DNA of 64,000 nt from Azolla caroliniana. Taxonomy: Eukaryota; Plantae; Polypodiophyta. The notes beneath the pieces are model-generated. The model made no database searches. It had not been told where the DNA came from and saw nothing but the letters and a program-made list of their open reading frames with translations. Below, in pieces: positions 22,840 to 33,613 of the stretch. The translations under genes and the position numbers were made by a program. Numbering within the stretch: position 1 is the first letter of the stretch; each line of letters opens with the position of its first letter. Where the stretch lies: contig JBHGNT010000011.1 of NCBI GenBank assembly GCA_043228905.1, positions 9,610,001 to 9,674,000 of the forward strand. Reading direction: 5' to 3'.

Positions 22840-25753
22840 ATGAACCCAAATGAAGTAGATTTCATCACGTCCTTGTATGATTCTGAGGATGGTTATGCAT
22901 CACCATACTCCGCAACCATTGACGAAGACTTGGATTCATCTGCATCCGAAGACTATGAGTCGGCTTCATCCGAAGAAGAGGTGGAGGAGGTTGATCCCTT
23001 CATGTACTATTCGGCGAGGTATTTTGCGTTCACAAGAGGTATGTATGATTTAATGCTTAAAGATTTATCAAGTCAAGTTAAGGTAACGTTTGAAACGTTA
23101 AGCACAATTGCAAGGGGTGCACCTCTTAATTTACATGCATAGCGGTGCATGAAGAGTTGTTTCACGCTTAGAAATGAGAATGCAATACACCTTAAAGCAT
23201 CACCTAATCTTCAAGTTACGCACGTAGAGAAATGGAGGGAGATAGTATTGGCGTCACATTGTGGCGCATCGCACTGTTCTTTGACGGGTACTTTGACAGA
23301 GTTAAAGAGACTTTGGTCCAATGACCTTCGTGACCATGGGATCCCTAATGCGTATGTGAAAGAAGTGGTTGACCGATGTGGTTGTCAAGTTGTGTCGAGG
23401 TTAACTCCATCTGACATGGAGAGGACAAGTGTCGCGAAATATAAAAAGTCTAGACCCATAGAAGTGATCAAAATAGAGGCCCATAAGGTTGATGATACGC
23501 TCATAGATGTTCAATTGAGGTATCACACACGCTTCCGTACAGGGGCCACAAGGGGTGCACATGTGACTAGGTATAATTGTTACCGATCCGGTGTGGCCAA
23601 CAAGCAATATCCGTGCACTCGACATAGAAAGCATTCATCCCGATGTGGGTGTACTTTTCATGTGAACGCTCGAATGAATGACGAGGTTGACCATGGGATG
23701 ATGACCCTTTCAATATATGGACCTCATACAGGTCATGTACCGGGAAGTAGACCAGATGCACACACATTTGCCGGTGGCCCCAAATGTTATAAGTTGTTCC
23801 AGAGATGACCTTTTTTATGTTGGATGCGCACAATATGTGGCACGGATGAGCATGCGCAAGGAAGCATATCATAAGTCCAAGGTTAGTTCATTAAACCTTG
23901 TTAGTTACAGGTTCTTTATGATACCAAAGGAGGTCCATAACATGGCCACCAAGTAAAAAACTGGGAGTGCTATGTGTGAAGTTGATTGGTCTTTGATGAT
24001 GCAAGATGCCTATGCCCTCCGAGATCTTGGGAAGGTGGCTCATGTCCAACCCTACTTGCCTGGTGAATATGGATCTCCCTCAAGGCAACCATTCATCTTG
24101 GTGCTCCAAGATGAATGGATGTCAGAGATGTGTGAGCGATTGTCAATAAACAACTCTTGGGCAATCGACTCCACATTTAAAACAAACCAATTTGGCTTGC
24201 CATTATATGCAGTTGTGGCCCCAAATGCCATGGGAGTTGGTATCCCATTATTGTACATGATATGTAGTTCTGATAAGGGGTCTAACCATGAGCAAGTAGC
24301 TTTAGAAACTTGCTTGAGACTCATATTCGCACGAATACCCAATGTGAGGCCAAATGCCATAGTCATCGATAAAAGTTGGACATCATATAATGACATAAGT
24401 AATGTGGTTGCAACAGACCGATTATCTTGGATAGTTACAAATGGGCAAAGGTCACAAACACATTGTCGGCTTTTGTTGTGTCAGTTCCATGCAAAAAAAG
24501 CATGGCTGGACAACTCGTTGCCAAAGGTAAGTGCAACTGAGAGAAACCATCTTTATAATCGGATGTGCCAACTCATGCATTGCATTATGGAATCCACATT
24601 CAATGCCCAATATGAGGAGTTAAAGGTAGAATATGCAAACAAGCCAAGTGTTTGGCAATATATAGAAGGAGGATGGTGTGGCTTGACATGTGTGTGGAGG
24701 AAACTGTGGCCCAAATTTGGTAGAATGTTCAACTACGGACATGTTGACACTACCAATCTTGTGGAGAGACATTCGTAGTTTATCAAATATATTGCCTTGA
24801 GAGGGAGTATAAATCGATCAATTACCGATCGTGTGCATGTTTTTATCGGGGACAATCAAACTAGCACTTGCATCGGGGGTACTGTTATTGAATGGTACAA
24901 GCAACGACAAGAAATATGTGAGAGTGGTAGATTTGCACCCCGTGCAAATTGTAGGGATCAAACAACAAGACTTAAAGAGGCTGAGAGGCTACTAGAGAGG
25001 TATGAAACTTATGATGCACCAATGCATATTGTGGATGAGCCCCGATATTGGTTTAAAATATTGAGCTTGACAAAACCGAATGTATCGCACCAATGCTCAT
25101 ATTGTGATTGCCAAGTCCCTACGAGTAAATGTAAGCATATACTCGGCATCAGGATGATTATTGAGAGGCACATGCCACATCTATGTGGGTTGTTGCCTTT
25201 TATAGATCATGCAACCCATATGCGCAATGGCCATTTCATAGAGACAGAAGTGGAGACAGAGGTAGAACTGGTCGAAGAGACAAACCCTATAGCATCACAA
25301 ATGAAGGAATGGGAGTCGAAATTACAAACGGTTGAGGGGGCTATTCAATTTATTAGGCAAGGGTTACGATCCCTTGACCGTGCGACAATTTTGGCATGTA
25401 TGGAGTCCATTGAAGAAATGAGTCAGACGGTGGTGTATCACGCAGGTGCACTAAAACCAACCAATGAAGAAGAGCGTGGATCCATAAGGCATAAGCAAGC
25501 AATTGGTGCAAAAAGGGGAGCATCAGTCAACATTTCACAAGATCTTATTGGCAGCTCCCCAAACACTTCCAAGGCACACATCGGAAAAATGCCAAGAGGC
25601 GCAAGTCGAGCTAGGAGGCAGTTGCCAATATGTGCGACAAAGAAGATTCAATGCTTGCATTACGATGCCTTGACCTTTAGATCAAGGGACTCAAATTTTG
25701 ATTGTTGCAAGAATTGTGGCCACATCTTGCCATCATCTCCGGATGAGCCATAA
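22840..25753 (+). pseudogene. MULE transposase pseudogene (~970 codons; 3 in-frame stops and 1 frameshift near 23760)
   Basis: DDE core WAIDSTFKTN...PLY, IVIDK, LLCQFHAKKAW, DTTNLVE; WRKY/GCM/FAR1-like YNCYRSG...RCGC...HTGH; SWIM-like CDC...CKH. ORFs 22840 and 23149 share a frame; ORFs 23717, 23972 and 24797 share a frame. Confidence 0.88.
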
Positions 25754-26642
25754 ACATAGCTTGAGTGGTTTTGTAGACTAGTGCATTTGGGTTTACAATG
25801 TTTAAAGTGGATTTATGAGTGCATTTGGGAGTATGTCATATGTTGATTTATGTTTAAAGTTTCCTGTTTCAAGTATGTCACATGTTTAAAGTGGATTTAC
25901 GTTCAAAGGATGTCATATGCTGATTTATGTTTTAAGTTTTATGTTTCAAATATGTCGTATGTAGATTTATGTTTCAAGTATGTTATAAGTTGATCTCTGT
26001 TTAAAGTTTAATGTTTTTTAACTTTTACCTTTTATGTTTTAAGATGATTATTTGTTTTATGTTAAGTATGGTGAAGATCGTCGATTTTGAATAATTTAAG
26101 GTTGGAATTTGTGACTGTTTGATATGTTGTTATATTGTAAGTTTTAAGGGTAATGATCAAGCTTATTTGAAGATTTTGGTTGAAATGATACATTTGGTTG
26201 GGTGACCTGCAACGGTTGGGTGACCTGCAAAGGTCCTGAGGGTTGGGTGACCTACAACGGTTGGGCGACTTGCAACGGTTAGAGTTGGGCGAGCAATTGG
26301 GGTTGGGCGACCTCTGACAGGGTTTTTTTTCACGCATTCTTCCTTATTGAAATCTGACGGTGCAGATTGCACGCGCCTTCCTCTGAGCGACCTGCATCGT
26401 CTGTGGCCGCGATTCCCTTGCCAGACCTCTTTATGATTCGATGCAGAATAGACACGAGCATATATATTATATACATAGATGATATATGTATGTACATACA
26501 TATGTCTGTGTTCATGTAGTTTGTTTTTTTGTATCTGTGAAATTAAGAGACGAAGGAATTAGGGTTTTTGGAGGAGCGAGTAGAGGGTGTGTGTGTGTGT
26601 GTGTGTGTGTGCGACTGATGAAGACGAGGTGCAGAGAGAGGT

Positions 26643-27401
26643 ATGCTTCCTGTGCGAGTGAAGTCTGTGTCCTCCTCCTCCTGCACTCTCTCCCAAGCCT
26701 CCTCCTTTCTTCAGCGTTTCCTCTCCACCGATGCTTCCTCAGACTCGTTCGTAAGTGGATATGCCGCCAGCGTAGCTCAAGCTTTGAACGAATCGCACAG
26801 CAAAAGCAGAAGAAGGAACGATATTCAGATATCTCCCCCTTCCTTTTCTGACAGAAAACTGACTAGTAACCTTTCGCACTCTTGTTCTTCTCCTGTTCCT
26901 GTTTCCGCGACTGGAAGCGGAGAACGTTTCGATGTTCCAAGCGACTCCGAAACGGTGAAGAATGAGACAACGAAGAAGAAGAAACGGAAGAGGTCGTCTT
27001 TAGATAATAATGATGTCGCAACCGAAGATGCCATCAATTCTCAGAATGTTGTTGGAAAAGAAGCAGTGATGGAGAAGGGGCATCGGAAGAAGAGAAGAAA
27101 GGAAGGAGAGAAGCAGAAGGAAGAAGAAAACTTGAGAGATGAACAGAAACGGAAAGAAGAAGACATAGTGAAACGGAAATCGAAATCGAAACATAAAGAG
27201 AATCATAGCAAGCAAGTTTTATATGGAGAAATCCATCACGGATCTGGTAATAAAGTGTCCATTGAAAGTGTAGTACATCAGGCAGGAAAGAAAGACCATG
27301 ATAGGAAGGCAAGTAAAACCCATGATTCTCGTGAAACAGAAGATTACCAGACAAAGTCTGGCAAGAAGTCAAAGAAGAAAGATAAGAGCAATGTTGTCTC
27401 T
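26643..27401 (+). CDS. Probable first coding exon of a Lys/Glu-rich protein of unknown identity
   Basis: 254-codon ORF with a Ser/Arg-rich N-terminus, KKKKRKR and HRKKRRK basic clusters, and a TCT|GTATGA donor-like site at 27402; telo-box TTAGGGTTT and (GT)n upstream. Confidence 0.6.
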
Positions 27402-28789
27402 GTATGATTATGTGATGTTTTTCCTTGTCTTAGCCTATCATGGATATGGTCATTGGCGATAACGATTGCCTGAGATCATTTATCTCATTGAAAAAGCATA
27501 TTCAAAGGCTACAAAATATAGTGATGCTAGCTTTTGAGCCATTATTGGACAGAGAGGGAGAACTCCATTTTTGTGTTCCTTTATGTGCACTTATGGTGGC
27601 TTTTTGAGCCACATGTTGCATAATTGAGAGAAAAATGAGCATTCATGTTCATTGTTGTGCACCCATTCTGGTTTTAAAAACATATCTTGCAGTTTGAAGA
27701 GAAAGATGATTGTTTTATGTTCATTGTTGTACTTTTTTGCTGGCTTAATATGCTGCACCATCAAGACAGACATGAAGTTAATGCTCAACAATGCACATTT
27801 ATTCTGGCTATATGTGACATATGTTGTGTGAGAGAGGATATTTGATGCTCATTGGCATGACCTTCACCGGTATTTGAACCATAATTTACATTATTAAAAG
27901 AGATGAATTCTGATGTCTATATGAGTGTGCACATATATGCTGTATGTTCCTCTATAAATAGAGGATTCTGTTGAACCTTGTTATTGTTTCTAGTAATCAT
28001 GTTTTTGATCCATAAAGATGGTTTTGAGGTTGATTATCACGTTGTGTGCTGTCACAGCTTGCATATAGAGTATTCTTACTGTTGAACAGAATTCATATGA
28101 TTGGCTAGTTCATTATTGTGATGGAACAGATTCATAGCAGTAGTTTCACTCTAATTCTTTGATGAATTCTTGAACATTACAAAGAAAGATGTGTTCTTTT
28201 TGTGGAGAATCTGGAAAGGTGCCAATAAAACTATACAGTAACCATGTCATGCATGTGCATTCTGTATAAGTATAAGATGAATCTATGCCAATGGCCTCAT
28301 CAAATAAATGATGAGAGATTTAAAAAGAAGAAGATTATAGTTCAGATATCTTGTTGAAAAAGATTTATAGAAAGAGGTCAATCTTTCACAATGCTGCAGG
28401 AACTTTGAATGGTATTCCAATACTATGCTTGGTAAAATAGTACAAATATCCAAGGATACTCTTTCAAGGGTAAAATGGGTTCCGATGCCTGTTATTACCA
28501 TGCTTAAATGCATAGAGCAATGATGTATTATATGAGAGAGGGAGCAAGCTAAATGAATCTGTTCTGAATGTGTTGCTGGCAGCCTAGAGTGTGACATGGA
28601 TGATTGTTGAATGTTCATGTTGTAGACATACAATGACAGCATATTGCAACTAAACAAACACTTGTCTCTATTAGACAATGTTCTTTCTAGGTGGTCGCTT
28701 GTAGCATGAATGCCTTGACAACAAAGTTGGTGCTTGGACAATTGATGGTAGCTTGTGAGAATTAATAGCTTGGTTGGACCTTTTTGGTT

Positions 28790-29190
28790 CAAATAATTCA
28801 GTTAAGAATTCTTACATTGGTATCAAAGCAAGTTTTTTCCTTGTTTTTGTTTGCCAACCACTTAAAGCTAAACATCTTGTGCCTCCATTTTTTCACAGTT
28901 GGAACTAGTTAAGCATCATTGCAACCATGTCAAAACAAGATTTTGGCACTTTTGTAAGTTCTTTTTTCATCCATTTCAGCTTATCACCACTTGGTCTAGG
29001 TTCATGCCATAAACAAGATTTTGGCACTTTTGTAAGCGGTTTTTTCCATCAACATACAATAAGAGAATAATAAAATTACCTTAGGAAAACTGCCTGACAT
29101 ACACACAATGATCTCCATTAGTCTTGGTGTAGTTTTGACTCACCATGAATGAATCAAACTTTTTGAACCATTGCCTTGGTGCTTGTTTCC
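28790..29190. mobile_element. Old copia remnants: LTR end plus PBS (TGGTATCAAAGC at 28818, +) and an RT fragment (29040-29190, -)
   Basis: Minus strand reads KQAPRQWFKKFDSFM...DHCVYV...IILLLYVD. Confidence 0.6.
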
Positions 29191-29749
29191 TCTGCAATCT
29201 TGAATCATATCCAACATGTTGCTAATGTGATGTGACAATGGATTATGCATAAAGGAACATTGAATCCACCTAGGAATGTAGTATATAATTAAATCATTCT
29301 AATATTTCCATTTATGGTGCACATTTAATTAAATAACATATTTGAGATCACGTTTTCATAATCCCTATAATTGCAAAACAACTAAATCACATGGAGCTTT
29401 TTGTATAGCTAATTAGTTATGTTACGAACACAACTAATAAGTCCCATTCCCATGCTTTCACCCTAAACCTTTAAGTATTATAGTAACATATATGATGTAT
29501 AGTCATAATAATTATATTATTAGTTATTATAATATATTTAGAGTATTTTGGAACATTCTAGAATATTCTATGATTAGCTTAAATATCATAAATATCTAAA
29601 ATATTCTAGAACATTTTAGAATACTCTGTAAGGACCTATAAATAAGTGTTTATTCATTCATCAGAACTCATTTGGTTCAACACCAGTCTTCACCCCTTAG
29701 CCCACTCTTTGTAACCCTTGTTCTGTTATAATATAAACTCCTTCCCATT

Positions 29750-29910
29750 TCTCTCTCTCTACCTTCTATCATCTTTCTTCTCTCTCTCTCTCTCTCTCTC
29801 TACCTTCCATCATCATCTTTCTTCTATTCTCTCTCTCTCTCTCTACCTTCTATCATCATCTTTCTTCTATTCTCTCTCTCTCTGTCTACCTTCTATCATC
29901 ATCTTTCTTC

Positions 29911-29945
<35 letters not shown>

Positions 29946-30440
29946 CCTTCTATCATCATCTTTCTTCTATTCTCTCTCTCTCTACCTTCTATCATCATCT
30001 TTCTTCTATTCTCTCTCTCTCTACCTTCTATCATCATCTTTTTCTATTCTCTCTCTCTCTCTCTATACCTTTTATCATCATCTTTTTCTATTCTCTCTCT
30101 CTCTCTCTATACCTTCTATCATCATCTTTCTTCTATTCTCTCTCTCTCTCTCTACCTTCTATCATCATCTTTCTTCTATTCTCTCTCTCTCTGTCTACCT
30201 TCTATCATCATCTTTCTTCTATTCTCTCTCTCTCTCTCTCTCTCTCTCTATACCTTCTATCATCATCTTTCTTCTATTCTCTCTCTCTCTACCTTCTATC
30301 ATCATCTTTCTTCTATTCTCTCTCTCTCTACCTTCTATCATCATCTTTTTCTATTCTCTCTCTCTCTCTCTATACCTTTTATCATCATCTTTTTCTATTC
30401 TCTCTCTCTCTCTCTATACCTTCTATCATCATCTTTCTTC

Positions 30441-30486
<46 letters not shown>

Positions 30487-31064
30487 CTTCCATCATCATC
30501 TTTCTTCTATTCTCTCTCTCTCTCTCTCTCTCTCTCTACCTTCTATCATCATCTTTCTTCTATTCTCTCTCTCTCTCTCTCTATACCTTCTATCATCATC
30601 TTTCTTCTATTCTCTCTCTCTACCTTCCATCATCATCTTTCTTCTATTCTCTCTCTACCTTCTATCATCATCTTTCTTCTATTCTCTCTCTCTCTCTCTA
30701 CCTTCTATCATCATCTTTCTTCTATTCTCTCTCTCTCTCTCTCTCTCTCTCTACCTTCTATCATCATCTTTCTTCTATTCTCTCTCTCTCTCTCTATACC
30801 TTCTATCATCATCTTTCTTCTATTCTCTCTCTCTACCTTCCATCATCATCTTTCTTCTATTCTCTCTCTACCTTCTATCATCATCTTTCTTCTATTCTCT
30901 CTCTCTCTCTCTACCTTCTATCATCATCTTTCTTCTATTCTCTCTCTCTCTACCTTCTATCATCATCTTTCTTCTATTCTCTCTCTCTCTCTCTATACCT
31001 TCTATCATCATCTTTCTTCTATTCTCTCTCTCTCTCTCTATACCTTCTATCATCATCTTTCTTC

Positions 31065-31098
<34 letters not shown>

Positions 31099-31103
31099 CT
31101 TCT
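29750..31103. repeat. Pyrimidine-rich minisatellite ACCTTCTATCATCATCTTTCTTCTATT(CT)n, ~30 units; ~6 more at 41620-41900
   Basis: Read directly; it explains the spurious 462-aa ORF at 29718-31106. Confidence 0.95.
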
Positions 31104-31441
31104 TGACGCGAAATATGCGGAATATTACCCGACCACAATCGAGTCTCAGATCGTGTCATTTAGAATTGAAACACTGAGAATGGGAATGGGGGGTAAATAC
31201 ACGTATATGCACACACATTGTGAACAAGAGAGTACACAAGATGTTAACATGGAAAACCCTGAGAGGGGAAAACCACAGGAGCCCACAGACTCCAAACTAT
31301 CACTATGTCAAAGAATACAATAGGGGGCACAGAGGCAACGACCTCGTGCTCACACTCTTCGCCTGGCGGTGGTTACAACAGAGAGTGCTCGTAGCTGCTC
31401 TCACACACACTCTGTCTCTGTCTCTGTACAACATTTACAAC

Positions 31442-32081
31442 CATAGATTGACATATTCGCATTTGTGGGGTTTCCCATTCGAATGCAAACGAATACGAAT
31501 ACGAATGGGTAGTCAAGTATTCGTTTAACAACCCCCCCCCCCAAAAGAAATAAATATTTTTTTATAAAATTTCCTAAGATAAAAAAAAAGGAACTTAACA
31601 ATAAATAGGGATAATAAAAGAGGGACTTTGGGGACTAGAGACTACTAAATTTTTATAGTAAATGTATAGTCGTTTTATTTTTAATAAATAAAAAAAATAA
31701 AATAAAGGGTCATTAATTTCTCACTTTTTTTTTCCTCAAAATTTATGGATATTTTTATCTTGACATTAAAAATAGTACTTCAAACTAATCATATCTTCAA
31801 AGTTTATATTAATCATATTTGTATAATAAATATAAAAATATTCGTTTTTAAAAAATTAATTAATTAAAATAAGTTTCATAAACTCTTTGGACACTATAAT
31901 CTATTAATGAATAAATTTTTCTTTTGGTGAAATACATTTATTTAAATAAATAAATAATTTTTTATATTTATTTTACAAAACGAATGGTTTTTTAATATTC
32001 TTGGGGCCATTTTGTATTCTCGAATATTGAGAATATTGCGCATGGAAAATATCACGAATATCACGCATGTGTCAATCTATC
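31442..32081. mobile_element. hAT-type AT-rich MITE inserted in the 3' LTR of element A
   Basis: TIRs CATAGATTGACA / TGTCAATCTATC; 8-bp TSD TTTACAAC/GTTACAAC; absent from the partner LTR. Confidence 0.85.
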
Positions 32082-33613
32082 GTTACAACAATAACATAAA
32101 TAATGACCAACACCCAATTACTGTTTGCCCTAGGTCATATTTATATTAATATGACTTTCGGGCTATTTACAAATATAGCCCATGTGGGCTCTCTAGAACA
32201 TATTTACATATATGTCCGTTCATCCGGTGAGAGGTTCTCACTGGGCCTTCATCATCTGGTTATCATCGGGCCTTCATCATCCCATCAGGAGGGACCGAAA
32301 TCCTAACAAACTCCCCCTTCACTCCGGCATGGGATGCCTCGTCAATCCGATCCGCTTCCGGCATGCATCCAGCTTGTCGGGTGTCAGCACTTTGGTCAGC
32401 ATATCTGACCCGTTCTCCTCTGTGTGGATCTTCGTCAGGACAAACTCTTGATCTTCAACTCGCTCCCGGATCCAGTGGTACCTACGCTGGATGTGCTTCG
32501 TCCTGGAATGATACGTAGTGTTCTTCGCAAGGTGGATAACACTTTGACTGTTGCAATAGAGCCGGTATTCCTCTTGCCGGATCCTTAGCTCTCTGATGAA
32601 GTCCTTCATCCATAGTATTTCCTTACCGGCTTCCACAACTGCAATGTACTCCGCTTCCGTGGTTGACAGCGCAACCGTCTTCTGCAGCCTCGACTGCCAC
32701 AAAATAGCTCCCCCCGCGTATGTCATGACATATCCGGATGTGGACTGCTGGTATCCGCATAAGCCGACATATCTGAATCGGTGAAACCATCAAGTTGGGG
32801 TTTACTGGAGCCGAATCGGAGACACATACTTGAGGTGCCTTTCAAGTATTAGAGTATCGATTTTACCGCGTTCTAGTGCTCCTTGCCGGGATTGCTCATA
32901 AACTGGCTCACCACTCCGAGTGCGTATTTGATATCCGGTCGAGTACACACCATTGCATACATTAAACTCCCGACAGCAGAGGCATATGGTATCTTCATCA
33001 TATCCACCTTCTCTGCCTTCGTCTTCGGGCTTTGCTTACCGGATAACCTGCAGTTTGGCGGGAATGTCGATCCGACCGGTTTCGCATATGACATGTTGAA
33101 CCGCTGAAGCACCAGCCACAATTGCTTCTTTGACGGGTCCCGGATGATATGCATCCCTAGTATCTGTCTTGCCGGACCCAAGTCTTTCATTGAGAAGGTC
33201 CGGTTCAGAGTCTTCTTCAACGTCCGTATCTTAACTTGGTCTCGTCCGACGATCAACATGTCGTCCACGTATAGGAGGAGTATTAGGAAGTCTCCATCTT
33301 CAAACTTCGTCACAAACACGCAGTTATCGGCCTGCGTCTTGTGGTATCCTTGATCCGGCATGAAGGAGTCGATCTTTCGGTACCATTGCCGGGGAGCTTG
33401 CTTCAAACCGTAGAGGCTCTTCTTCAACCGACAAACCAGGTGCTCCTTCCCTTTCTTCACGAATCCCTCCGATTGCTGCATGTAGATCTCCTCTTCGAGG
33501 TTGCCGTGGAGGAACGTCATCTTCACGTCTAACTGCTCTACCTCGAGGTCCATGCTCGTCACTATGCTCAACACCGTTTGGATGGAAGTCATCTTTACTA
33601 CCGGGGCAAATAT

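Larger units (their letters stand above)
19681..26459 (+). mobile_element. Mutator-like DNA transposon (MULE) with long TIRs, Ulp1 remnant and degenerate transposase
   Basis: ~170 bp imperfect TIRs (19684-19850 vs 26290-26456); subterminal GGTCGCCCAACC arrays at both ends; internal MULE transposase. Confidence 0.88.

Noticed and set aside
28283-28792. 169-aa minus-strand ORF
   Set aside because: Lies in probable LTR sequence upstream of a PBS; no domain and a non-ATG start.
29750-31103. CRISPR-like repeat/spacer appearance
   Set aside because: The 'spacers' are only (CT)n of variable length; the context is eukaryotic with no cas genes.
29718-31106. 462-aa Leu/Ser-rich ORF
   Set aside because: Translation of the G-free minisatellite; the lack of stops is compositional.
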